From Octopus sinensis (Eukaryota), in the NCBI RefSeq assembly GCF_006345805.1, contig NC_043015.1, positions 47,678,001-47,742,000 of the forward strand: 64,000 nt of DNA. The letters are read 5' to 3'. The position numbers and the translations under genes are program-made. This document shows, piece by piece, positions 11,300-22,124 of this stretch; within the stretch, counting starts at the first letter, position 1; every line of letters starts with the position of its first letter. The notes under the pieces are model-generated. The model worked only from the letters and a program-made list of their open reading frames with translations. It made no database searches and had not been told where the DNA came from.

Positions 11300-11590
11300 T
11301 AATGAAACAAGAGGTTTAGTCCTTACTGCCAAAATTCATTTCTCTTGGGAAATACAGAAGTGATGATGTCTTCATTCCACGGATCCCATTAATCACATCT
11401 GACCTCCCCTATGAATTTAAACGGCACCAGTTCCCAGTGAAAATTAGCACAATCTCTCAACGTTGTTGGACTTAACCTTGCTGTTCTCATGGGCGATTAT
11501 ATGTAGGATATTCGCAAGTTGGAAGTCCCAAAACTCTTAATTTGTACCCCAATTAAAGGACACACTGAAAGCATTGTATATTTAGAAGTT
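11300..11590 (+). mobile_element. Helitron RepHel PIF1-like helicase C-terminal fragment
   Basis: GKYRSDDVFIPRIPLITSDLPYEFKRHQFPVKIS...SLNVVGLNL...CSHGRLYVGYSQVGSPK, the conserved Helitron helicase end, with deletions. Confidence 0.8.
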
Positions 11591-11699
11591 CTACAAAATT
11601 AAACTGATTGATTTCAGGATTTGTTTTAATAACTTTGTTTAAACTCACTTCATCTGATTGAATTTTTCTGAAAATATGTTTTTTATCAGAATAAATATA

Positions 11700-12268
11700 T
11701 TTATTTGAGGCAAGTAAAAATCGAAATCGATCAACATCAATGGAAATTGCAGCTGTGATACCAGTGCCAGTGGTACATAAGAAAACCATCCGAACGTGGC
11801 GTTACCAGTGCCGCCCCGACTGACCTTGTGCCGGTAGCACGTAAAAAGCATCATCCAATCGTGGCCGTTGCCAGCCTCGCCTGGCCCCCGTGCCAGTGAC
11901 ACGTAAAAAGCACTATCCGATCGTGGCCATTTGCCAGCCTCGTCTGGCACCTGTGCTGGTGGCATGTAAAAAGCACCATCCGTTCGTGGCCATTGCCAGC
12001 CTCGCCTGGTCCCCATGCCAGTGACACGTAAAAAGCACCATCCGATCGTGGCCGTTTGCCAGCTCTGTCTGGCACCTGTGCCGGTGGCACATAAATAGCA
12101 CCCACTACACTCACGGAGTGGTTGGCGTTAGGAAGGGCATCCAGCCGTAGAAACATTGCCAGATCAGACTGGGCCTGGTGCAGCCTTCTGGCGTCCCAAA
12201 CCCCAGTTGAACCGTTCAACCCATGCTAGCATGGAAAGCGGACGCTAAACGATGATGATGATGATGAA
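11700..12268 (+). mobile_element. 5'-truncated RTE 3'UTR with ~6 x 55-bp tandem repeats and (GAT)n tail
   Basis: Repeating ACGTAAAAAGCACCATCCGATCGTGGCC...GCCAG units, then the RTE terminal segment and GATGATGATGATGATG. Confidence 0.8.
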
Positions 12269-12604
12269 CATTTTTTAAACTTCCGAGCAACGGCAGGTAA
12301 TTAGGCTTGCCCTTTCATAAAATAAAATACCAGTCAAGTATCGAGATCGATGTAAAAAACTTAACCCTTCCTCCTAAAAATTGCTGGCACTTACCAAAAT
12401 TTGAAATAATCATTAGAGAATTGAAATTTTTTCTATGCTACAAGCAAATATTCTGTTGGCCAACAAGTATTATATTCATTAAATCTGATATTAAGGGAGA
12501 ACATAATTTTTTTAAATTGAGGCAATAATGTGATTTTAAAAAAATTCTTTTTAACATTCAGACAGTATTTTTCAAATGGTTGCTATAACCAGTGAAATAC
12601 TTAC

Positions 12605-12708
12605 TTATTTTCTAGTTCAGCACTTGACTGAATTTCTTTAAAGGCACCAGCAATATGCACAACACCATAACAAATGATTAACAAACTGATCAGACACTGG
12701 ACTAAAAT
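12605..12708 (-). CDS. MMGT1: EMC5/MMGT1 exon 3
   Basis: 104 nt between TTTCTTAG and AA|GTAAGT; encodes ILVQCLISLLIICYGVVHIAGAFKEIQSSAELEN(K), matching human [35 protein letters not shown]. Confidence 0.95.
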
Positions 12709-12913
12709 CTAAGAAATAAAAACAAAAACAAAAAAGAAACAACATTTAATCCCATTCTTCAAACAAATCTTTTAATGGTTTTACCACGTTAACTACATCA
12801 CTGGAACTTACCAGTGGCGTTACATATGTCATGCAATCACATTGCATAATGTTTAATTAGAAAAAAATGTAAATTTTTTTGCATTTTCACATTATTTCAT
12901 AATTAAACTTTAA

Positions 12914-13135
12914 CCCTTTAGCATTTAAACTGGCCATATCCGTCCAAAAATATTCTACCTGTTTTATGTTCAAACTGGCCAGATCTGGTCTCTCACACCA
13001 ACCCTACAATATCGTTTAAAAAATTAACAGCTACCTTATCAAAATCTCATAGCTACAAGATAATGCATGATTAATTCAAAACAATGTGAATAAAGAAAGC
13101 ATTAATTTTGGTAGAATAATGCGAACACTAAAGGG
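12914..13135. mobile_element. piggyBac-type MITE (222 bp)
   Basis: TTAA|CCCTTTAGCATT ... CACTAAAGGG|TTAA; a second copy lies at 19806-20026. Confidence 0.75.
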
Positions 13136-13310
13136 TTAATATTTAACATTCATGTTACTTAAATATACTCAAAACCATGTCAAAGATACAGAATAAAATA
13201 TTTTCTCAAATTATGAAAATGTACCACTGGTGGTACATGTGGTAGTTATGTGAAGTTTGTGATGAACCATCCATTGTATATGTGGTGGTTAACATGTTAA
13301 AATGTAAATA

Positions 13311-13863
13311 CAGGGTGGACCAAAGTTATCTGACACATTTGGAGGCTTAATAAAAGCACAAAATAAGAAATAATGAAAAGAGAAATTTTATTTTCTGAAC
13401 ATACATATAATGCCATTTTATTTCATTAAGTTTTAAAAATTAAATCAGCTAAATGCCTCCCATCATTGTCAACACACTGTTGGAGACATTCATGAAAGTT
13501 ATCGATAACTCTATGGCTCGTTTCTTCTGGAATGGTGAAATGTGATTTCTTCTTTTGGGGATATTTAAAATCAAAAGTATTCAGTCATCACCCTCGATCT
13601 ATTGATGAATTAAAACATGAAATTTGTGTAGAAATAGCAACCGTTCCAGGAGAAATGATCCATAGAGTTATCGATAATTTTCACGAACGTCTCCAAGTGT
13701 GTTGACAATGAGGCAAAGCATTTAGCTGATTTAATTTTTAAAACTTAATGAAATAAAATGGCATTATATGTACATTCAGAAAATAAAATTTTTCTTTTCA
13801 TTATTTCTTATTTTGTGCTTTTAATAAGCCTCCAAATGTGTCAGATCATTTTGGTCCACCCTG
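13311..13863. mobile_element. Foldback Tc1/mariner derivative with ~225-bp inverted arms (EMC5 intron 2)
   Basis: TA|CAGGGTGGACCAAA ... TTTGGTCCACCCTG; arms 13311-13536 and 13640-13863. The loop and right arm encode CDFFFWGYLKSKVFSHHPRSIDELKHEI...RVIDNFHERLQVC (transposase C-terminus). Confidence 0.85.
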
Positions 13864-13939
13864 TGGTAACAATATAATATATTTCTAACACACACACATT
13901 AAGAGGGTCTACTTTTAGATAATTTAAATCATTACTTAC

Positions 13940-13992
13940 ATCCAATGGTAATCGCGTAAAGTCATTTTTAATCAAACGTAGATATGCTCGAT
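13940..13992 (-). CDS. MMGT1: EMC5/MMGT1 exon 2
   Basis: 53 nt between GATTTCAG and GAT|GTAAGT; encodes (H)RAYLRLIKNDFTRLPLD, matching human HRSYMRLTEKEDESLPID. Confidence 0.95.
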
Positions 13993-14276
13993 CTGAAATC
14001 ACATGAAGATATATATATGTATCATTAAATTCTCAGGAGAAACTTTTATCAATAGAATAAAATTTTTTAAATTCATTTAAAATTTCCACAAACTTGATTT
14101 ATACTAAACATGTTAAAAATCTATCTGTATTAAGATTAATTTCTTAAGACCAACACAGTTTACATCATTTTGTGTAAATTTACAAAAAGATCCTAAAAGG
14201 TCAGTTCAAACCACTTCCCCAACAGCTAAGAAAACGAAATTTTACAAAGTATTTTTGTTATTCAACACACACTTAT

Positions 14277-16300
14277 TATCCATCATCATTTAATGACTGT
14301 TTTCTCTGCTGGCATGGGCTGGCTGGTTTGACAAGATCCTGCAAAGATCCAATGTCAGCTTAGATATGGTTTCTATGGCTGGATACTCTTCCTAATGCTA
14401 ACCACTTTACAGAGTGTACTAGTTGCTTTTTCATGCCACCAGCATTAGTGAGGTTGCCAAATAACTTGCAAAGCAAGGAAGAAGAAGAAAGAATAAAAAA
14501 AGGGGGGGTTATATGGGGAGGAGCAATGGTTCTATGCTAGGCATTGAGAGACTAGAATGCGGCAGAAAAACAAGCCCAGGTGGCTTGTAATAGATATACT
14601 AGGCTGAGTAGTGGGAAAGTTGGAAAGAAGATAGAATTGGTGGTGCAATGCTGGAAGATCTCAAGATACAGTAGATTGTTTTGGGGGTGGGATAGAAAGG
14701 AAAGATGGGGGTTGAGGTACATGTAATGAGTGATGGTAAGAGATATAGGAGTAGCTCATGGAGGCTATGGTAAGTGATAACAGGTACGAGAGCAGTTAAG
14801 AACGAAGTATAGCAGAAGAGAGCAATGGATAAAGGCAGAAAAGGATGTGATTGGCAGAGCAGGGAGAGAGCAAAAGGAGGGACAAGACCCCCACACATGC
14901 AAACATAACCAAAGTGGTTTTAGAATATCATTTCTGTTATGATGGACAGCCTTTTTGAGTACAGCAAATTATTAATCCTCTTGGTCCTTTGTCATCTCCT
15001 CCAGAAGGTTCAGTATTTTGAGATGAGCCTTCACTGCATTCCATATATTCCTGAGTCTCCCTCTTCTGCAAGTTCTATCCACATTAAGCAGTCGTACTTC
15101 TTTATGCAGCTGTTCTTATCCATCTTCCTCATCCAAATGCACCATGTGTCCAAACCAGTGCAGTCTTATCTCTTGCTCACTATATACGATTCCTCGTATG
15201 CCTAATTTAGTTGACATTTAACTGACATTGCACATCCAATGGAGCATACAAACTTCATTCCTCTCTCATCTTTGCATGTCTTTTGCATTCAGGGTCCACA
15301 TCTCACCACCATGTAGCATGGATCTATGTACACAAGCATCAGACAATCTGCTTTTCACACACACAGAGACAGTGACCTTTTGCCCTTTTTTGTCAAAAGA
15401 GGTAATAATAGCCCTCTGAATCTCATCTAGGTCATCCCATAGGATGCCCCTAAGGGTTTCGGTTGCACATACTATAGGAGTCACAGGGCACTGCTCCATG
15501 TGGTCCCGCAGTTTCCATCTAACTAGGAATATTGGGGTCTCAACCATTGTCTTGTATTCAAGATCCTCTGCATGACATCCTGCTAGTACAAAGCCAAGAA
15601 TCTGATCTGTTGGGTCCTGCCAAAAACTAAATCCCTTTGACCTGTCTGGCCTGGTAAGACCTACCTGAAGATTTCTCTCCCTCCAGCATAGCTCTCCATG
15701 TCAATGGAGCACACAGACACTTCACCGCGACAAGGTACTTGTTGAATTGGCAATTGACTGCACAGTAGCTCTTCCACCTTTTGACGGGTCCTATTTTTAG
15801 TCCCACAAGGTGTCCAACAAACACCCTCCTCACCAAGGAAGCTTGATGGGGTTGCCAGTTTAGTCACTGACGACCCGACCATGTGACAGGTTGTACTGGG
15901 TTCCATGTTACCAGTAGCGCTCAAGAGCAACCTGACATCTCTCCATCCTATTCTTGTTCTAACAACTACAATTTCTGAACATCATCCTCCTATGCTTATT
16001 AGATCACCTAGGCAACAAAAATTATCCATTACTACCAGGGATCTTCTAAAGCATTTGAAAAAAATCAATTTTCCCCATGTATCATTAATCTTTATGGCTC
16101 CTGTGCATCTTCCACATACAAATACTACTTTCCCCATTAACGTTCCTGTGATTCCACTGCATCTCATGGAATTCCTGCCTATACCTTTTCTACATATCAA
16201 ACAGCACCATTTACCTAAAACGAGTAGGGTCCAGTCCGTTTTCTTAATTACAAGAACCTTGGCTTTTAAGTAAGTTAACCTTAAGATCCTTCGATTCCAG
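14277..16300 (-). mobile_element. 5'-truncated RTE LINE (RT C-terminal half, long 3'UTR, (GAT)n tail) in EMC5 intron 1
   Basis: Degenerate RT/post-RT frames (CVHRSMLHGGEMWTLNAKDMQR; VCGRCTGAI...), a purine-rich UTR on plus and the RTE terminal segment at 14280-14460. Confidence 0.8.
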
Positions 16301-17137
16301 GTTTTGCTTCCATACCCGCAATTTCTTTTCTAATTCTGTTACAGATTCCACTATGAGAACAAGATCAGCAACATATAATAGTTCCCAGGGGTAGACAGTT
16401 TAAAATTTCTCTGTTCACCATCATCATTGTTTTATGATGTCTGCTGTTCCATGCTTGTATAGGTTGGAGGCAAGTTGCTGAGGTAGATGCCACGCAGTGG
16501 GACTGAATCCGAAACCAAGCGGTTCAGAAGCAAGCTTCTTACCACACAGCCACGCCTTCTATTTTAAATTATATCCAATTAGTATCTATTTATTCTAAAT
16601 AAATTAATAAATAGTTGTTATTTTTTTCGTCAATGTTGTTAATCTTTCGTGGCTGATGTTATTAATTTCTTCATTTTCTCCATTTTTAAATCTATCGATT
16701 GCTTTCATTACCTCTAACTTCCATCCCCTGTATTTCGGGACCGTGAAATAATTTTTTTTTTCCTGTGAGTTTCGTTTCCTGCCCAAGATTGAGTCTTTTC
16801 CATAACATTTTTCGTTTACCAACAAATTATGTGAAAGCAATGTAGCTTACAACGAAACCGTAACAACACGAATAACGAGGCACTCAACGATTCCATATTT
16901 GGAATATTGTTTATATCTGAATATTGTCAAAAAGTGTGTACAATTATTATAGTAAATCAATGAACAGACTTTTATAAAAACAAAATCCAACACAAATTAA
17001 TGTTAATGCTAAGGGATATTCATAAAAAGAATAAAACTGAGAACCCCAAATACACAATGATTTTAAACCTGCTTGGCAAGAATTCTTTATGTATGATGCT
17101 ATTTATATGTAATTATATATATGAGTGTATATGCATA

Positions 17138-17170
<33 letters not shown>

Positions 17171-17221
17171 GGTGAAATGAATACGTACACCCGGTGTTTA
17201 GGGTGTGTGTGTGTATGTATG

Positions 17222-17260
<39 letters not shown>

Positions 17261-17942
17261 TAGGGGGTGTTGAAGGGCCGCTGCAATAAGTGTGTGAATC
17301 TGAGACGGGAATAGGTTCAATAAAATCATAATTAACTGATCCTCCTGCGTTTTCTGTTACTCAAAGCCGGGAATTTCGCAGCACCCCCTCGTGTGTATAC
17401 ACACACATATTTATATACATTATCTATCTATCTATCTATATATTATTTTGGTCGAGCCAGTCTCTCGCTACTCTGAATTTCGAAGATCCTTGCACCTACA
17501 GGTGTAGTAGCAAGAATCTAACACGACCAAAATTAAATATATAATTAATCTCATATATAGAGTACTCTTTTTCCGACAGCCGACACTAAACGTATATATT
17601 TTTTTTTCATTACTACTACAAGTATTATATCATTAATCTGATTCTCTTCCCTAAAATCTGTATCACTTCTACCTTGTCTTATGGGGAACAGCTGTATTTT
17701 CAGAACCGAGTCGTCAGAACCACTTTCGAGGGTGAAAATATATTAAGTTTTTATTTTATTTCCCCCATCGTTAATTTATAATACCCAGTATTTAAGAACA
17801 AGTGCCCGGGGCGATGAATAAAAAAAAAAAGAAGGCATTGTTGAAATTTAATAAAACTGTTTTGAATATATTTTAGCCACAAAAAAATCATAGTTAAAGA
17901 ATTTAAATAATAAAAAGGTTTAAATTAATGTTATGCACTTAC

Positions 17943-18021
17943 GTTGGGCAGCCGAATAGGCAGCATGAGCTAAGACAAGAAGCCCAAATGTAATACAAAT
18001 TTTGTGAGATGAAGATCCCAT
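17943..18021 (-). CDS. MMGT1: EMC5/MMGT1 exon 1 (ER membrane protein complex subunit 5; 102 aa total)
   Basis: ATG at 18021; encodes MGSSSHKICITFGLLVLAHAAYSAAQ, then donor C|GTAAGT. The four exons (79+53+104+73 = 309 nt) join in frame. Confidence 0.95.
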
Positions 18022-18140
18022 TTGCACCGTGTTGGAAAGTGAAGCTAAAACCTGAGCCAGGAAGAGTCAGCTTAATATAACACTACATAGATATACAAAT
18101 ACACACAGATAACGTGGAAATATAGCTCAACGGCAGCCAT

Positions 18141-18404
18141 ATTGAATTTACAAATGCAGGAAAAAAGTAAAAGAACTAATGTATACCAAATTTCTTTATT
18201 CACCTATAAAAAGGTTTACATAGAGGGGACGTTACGAAGACAGCCAAGGGACATGTAGGGGACAGACACACATTGAATTTACAAATGCAGAAAAAGTAAA
18301 AAAAACTAATGTATACCAAATTTCTTTATTCACCTATAAAAAGGTTTACATAGAGGGGACATTACAAAGAGAGACAAGGGACATGTAGGGAACAGACACA
18401 CATT
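18141..18404. repeat. Tandem direct repeat, 2 x ~131 bp, just upstream of EMC5
   Basis: ATTGAATTTACAAATGCAG...GGACATGTAGGG.ACAGACACAC occurs at 18141 and 18272. Confidence 0.9.
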
Positions 18405-18647
18405 CTTATATACAAGATGAAAAGATATATGGATTTATATATATTATACGGATGGGAGTTAAAAATATAAGTGATGATTGGATGAACTAATATATACCAA
18501 TTCACTTTCCTGTCTCGTATTGGTTCCTGTAACACCTAATATGCCTTTTTTTATGTTAAAAGTTTTTGTAGTTAAGTCAATTACGAAATAAAAGAGAAGC
18601 AATGTTTTTTTTTTTCGGAACATTGAATCTCGAAGCAGAAAAGCCAT

Positions 18648-18975
18648 CAATAAAAGTATCTTTTATCATGTACTTGTTTCAGTCATTTGACTGCGATCAT
18701 GCTGAGTCATTGGGGAATTTTAGTCGCATGAATCGACCCTGGGACTTATTGTTAAGCCCGGTACTTATTCCATCGGTCTCTTTGGCGAGCCGCTAAGTTA
18801 CGAGGAGATAAACAAACTAAAACCGGTTGTCAAGTGGTGGTGAACAGACGCAAAGATACACATACATACATACAACACACACACGACGGGTTTCTCTCAG
18901 TATCCGTCTACGAAATTCACTCACGAGATTTTGGTCGGCCGAGGCTAAAGTAGAAGTCACTGCCTAGAAATATCG
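18648..18975 (-). mobile_element. SINE family A (diverged)
   Basis: Reverse-complement family A tail and CORE-like segments. Confidence 0.75.
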
Positions 18976-19805
18976 CGACTTAAAAAAAAAAGTCGGTGCA
19001 ACTGTCTATACTGCGTTCTACCGCAATATGCACAGTCTGTGCTGTGAATTGGCCTTATCTGGACAATAAGGTTTAGAGTTAGGGTTTGCGGTTAGGGTTT
19101 AGGGTTAGGATTCGACTGCATACAAAAGCCTAAATGGCTAAATAGACCGCACGCTCAAGATGCACCAAAATGTCTATATAGTTTAAAACAGCACCTTTCT
19201 AACTCAAAAATATCAAAATATTATTTCTAATTTCTTAAAATGAAATGTTTGAATTTCAAAATTATATCAATAGACTTTGTAAAATAGAAAAGAAGAAGAA
19301 AGTGACATTACATTAAATCAACATCTTCTGTTTTTATCATTTGCTCGAGAAACCTATTTATTGAATTCATCTATGTATAAATGTGTTGGAAAACCCCTAA
19401 AAACGATCAACAGCTACAAAACAAAACTAGAAGGGCGATGGGGTGGACCACCCCAGGTGTGCTTTTATGAGAGCTGCAGTTTTGGATTAGTGGTATTTCG
19501 TTTTTGTATTTGGTTTCCAAGATTTTTAAAGTGAACTCATGAGCTGGAGCAAATTTTGTTGTATCATATCTTGGGAGGGTCATTATGCCAATAATAAGCA
19601 CACGCACTGGTTTCATTTCACTTCTTTATTATTGGTTAATTGGGTTAGTTATTTGGGTCTAATGCCGTTTCGCACCTCTTTTTTTCATTATTGTTTCTGC
19701 ATATTCGTAATCTCCGTCACCTAAAACGTAGGAATCTGAAAAAAAAAAAAAATTTATGCATTTTTCAAGGAGAGGTACGAAACTGCATTAGCCCCAGTTA
19801 TTTAA

Positions 19806-20026
19806 TCCTTCCGTATATAAACCGGTTTCACCTGGCCAAAATATTATATCTGTTTTATGCTCAAACTGGCCAGATCTAGCCTTTCACACCTACCCTACAA
19901 TGTCATTCTAATAATAAACAATCGCATCACTGAAATCTAAAAGCTACAAAGATAATACCTGATTAATTCAAAACAATGAGAATAAATAAACATTGCATTT
20001 GTCAGAATAATCTGAATGCTAAAGGA
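19806..20026. mobile_element. piggyBac-type MITE, second copy
   Basis: TTAA-flanked and homologous to 12914-13135. Confidence 0.7.
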
Positions 20027-20217
20027 TTAAAGAACCAACAAATCGCTCGCTCGCTTAATCAGTCGGTTAAGCAATGAATCAGTTGTCTGGGTCACTTGTA
20101 CTTTCTTGGTTTTTCTCATGGAAGTAAATTTGCGTCGATCGAAAATAGAAACTGCTTCGCATATTCGGTTCTTGACAAGATTCAATTTACCATACCATGG
20201 TCATCAATATCAAACGG

Positions 20218-20815
20218 GGTACTATTTAAGAAGAGTGGTCCCGGTGCGCGCACTCGCGTACTCGCGCATCCGCGATAGCTAGTCGTGACTAGTTGATCCT
20301 TACTTTGTGTTTTTGTGTTTTATTTACTTTGTTTTAAAAAAAATTATGGCGATCCTTCGGTATAGGTACCGTAAGTGGCTTTGTTTACATTTCTGAAGAT
20401 AACAGAAACCCTTTTCTCCAACCCCTAACACAAACCCTAACCCTAACTTCCCATATACTTTCTTGAAATGTATCCGGTACTTCCGGTACCTATACCGAAG
20501 TTACGCCAAAATTATTTATTTTGTGTAAAAAAAAAATTATTTATTTTGTGTTTTATTTATTATACTTTGCTAGGTAGTCATTGCAGGATCGACAAGTCAC
20601 GACTAGCTAGCGCGAATGCGCGAGTACGCGAGTGCGCGCACCGGGACCACTCTTCTTAAATAGTACCTATTTCTTTATTACCCACAAGGGGCTAAACATA
20701 GAGGGGACAAACAAGGACAGACATAGGTATCAAGTCGATGACATCGACTCCAGTGCGTAACTGGTACTTAATTTATCGACCCCGAATAGTCTTAAATATC
20801 TTCTTAAAAAGTACC
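20218..20815. mobile_element. MULE-like MITE with ~80-bp TIRs and 9-bp TSD, containing a nested MITE and a SINE
   Basis: TSD ATCAAACGG at 20209-20217 and 20816-20824; TIR GGTACTATTTAAGAAGAGTGGTCCCGGTGCGCGCACTCGCG.... A SINE-B fragment (20668-20786) is inserted in the right terminus, duplicating TCTTCTTAAAWAGTACC. Confidence 0.75.
20348..20507. mobile_element. Merlin-like MITE (GG termini, 8-bp TSD) with telomere-like CCCTAA repeats
   Basis: TIR GGCG...CTTCGGTATAGGTACC, TSD AAAATTAT on both sides, internal AACCCTAACCCTAAC. Confidence 0.7.
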
Positions 20816-20948
20816 ATCAAACGGTAAGTTTATTAGGGTTTCGTCGAAAAAGGGTCAACGTTTTTAACTGTCATAGTAAAAGAGAAAAGGGAGGGAAGCA
20901 AGTAATATTTTGTTGATCTTCAACGTTGAAGGGAGATTATTCATATCA

Positions 20949-20958
20949 GCCGCCATTT
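20949..20958. promoter_or_regulatory. YY1-like motif in the PSMA3 proximal promoter/5'UTR
   Basis: GCCGCCATTT about 70 nt upstream of the PSMA3 ATG, matching the YY1 consensus typical of housekeeping promoters. Confidence 0.4.
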
Positions 20959-21028
20959 CAAAGTGATAAAGCAGTTTTGTCAACGTTGTCGGTAAGCTGT
21001 TTCTTGGTCTGTACATATTTACTTTCTA

Positions 21029-21787
21029 ATGAGTTCCATCGGTACTGGTTATGACTTATCTGCATCGCAGTTCTCACCCGACGGGCGTGTATTCCAAGTG
21101 GAATATGCCCAAAAAGCGGTAGAGAACAGCGGCACGGCGATCGGCATTCGCGGCAAAGACGGTGTTGTGTTCGGCGTTGAGAAACTTGTGCGGTCCAAAT
21201 TGTACGAAGTGGGAGCAAATAAGAGGATATTCAACATTGATACACACATCGGTGCTGCAGTCGCTGGTCTACTAGCTGATGCTCGTCATGTAATTAAGAC
21301 ATCCCGCGAAGAAGCCGCTAATTATCGCTACAACTACGGAGAGTCGATTCCCCTCAAGTATCTTACCAACAGAGTTTCCATGTACGTCCATGCTTACACT
21401 TTATACAGCTCCATGCGTCCGTTCGGTGTGAGTATGATTATGGGCTCTTATGAACAAGGCAATCCTCAACTCTACATGATCGATCCCTCTGGTGTATCTT
21501 GGGGCTATTGCGGTTGTGCCATCGGTAAGGCTCGCCAGACAGCGAAAACCGAAATCGAAAAGCTGAAGACCAAAGATATGCCTATTACTGAAGTAGTGAA
21601 AGAAGTAGCCAAAATTATCCATGTTGTCCACGACGAAATCAAAGACAAAGCTTTTGAATTGGAATTAAGTTGGGTTGGAGAACACACTGGTGGAAAACAC
21701 GAACTTGTACCAACACATATTTTAGAAGAAGCCGAAACCGCTGCCAAGAACTTCCTCAGGGTCGCAGACGACGACGGAGAAGAGTGA
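21029..21787 (+). CDS. PSMA3: Proteasome subunit alpha type-3 (alpha7), intronless, 252 aa
   Basis: [27 protein letters not shown]...[13 protein letters not shown] aligns end to end with PSMA3; uninterrupted ORF with an acidic C-terminus. Confidence 0.97.
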   Translation: MSSIGTGYDLSASQFSPDGRVFQVEYAQKAVENSGTAIGIRGKDGVVFGVEKLVRSKLYEVGANKRIFNIDTHIGAAVAGLLADARHVIKTSREEAANYRYNYGESIPLKYLTNRVSMYVHAYTLYSSMRPFGVSMIMGSYEQGNPQLYMIDPSGVSWGYCGCAIGKARQTAKTEIEKLKTKDMPITEVVKEVAKIIHVVHDEIKDKAFELELSWVGEHTGGKHELVPTHILEEAETAAKNFLRVADDDGEE

Positions 21788-21930
21788 ATCGAACTGTTGA
21801 CTCTTATTTTTGTATTTTTAAAGCTAAGAATGACTGAATGTGTTTCGATTTCACATCATTATAGAACTGAAGGCGGAAAGTAGTTTCAGTAATGTTTTTT
21901 TCTTACTGCTTTTTCGCCTGCATTCCGATC

Positions 21931-21936
21931 AATAAA
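21931..21936 (+). terminator. Putative PSMA3 polyadenylation signal
   Basis: AATAAA about 145 nt after the stop codon, followed by T-rich sequence. Confidence 0.5.
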
Positions 21937-22124
21937 TACCAAGTTGTCATTGAAAACATCATTTCTTTTCCTCCTGTTTTTGCCGTATTTTATTTTAAAA
22001 TCATTTTCAAGAGGTAGGTCAATATTGTTCTTAAACGTTTTTCGGTTCTTTTGTTAAAATTGTAGGCAAGTCTTCTTTGTGTTAAATGCTTTATTCTTAT
22101 CTTTTTTTAATGTACATATTATAG

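Noticed and set aside
11363-11406. C/D-box-like TGATGA...CTGA in an EMC5 intron (possible snoRNA)
   Set aside because: Too short, lacks a terminal stem, and lies within the Helitron helicase coding remnant.
11780-12100. Regularly spaced ~55-bp repeats resembling a CRISPR array
   Set aside because: Units are contiguous degenerate tandem repeats without unique spacers, inside a eukaryotic retroelement UTR; there are no cas genes.
16604-16900. Minus-strand ORF/exon-like segment with a GAG|GTAATG donor in EMC5 intron 1
   Set aside because: The EMC5 model is complete without it, and there is no homology or clear acceptor.
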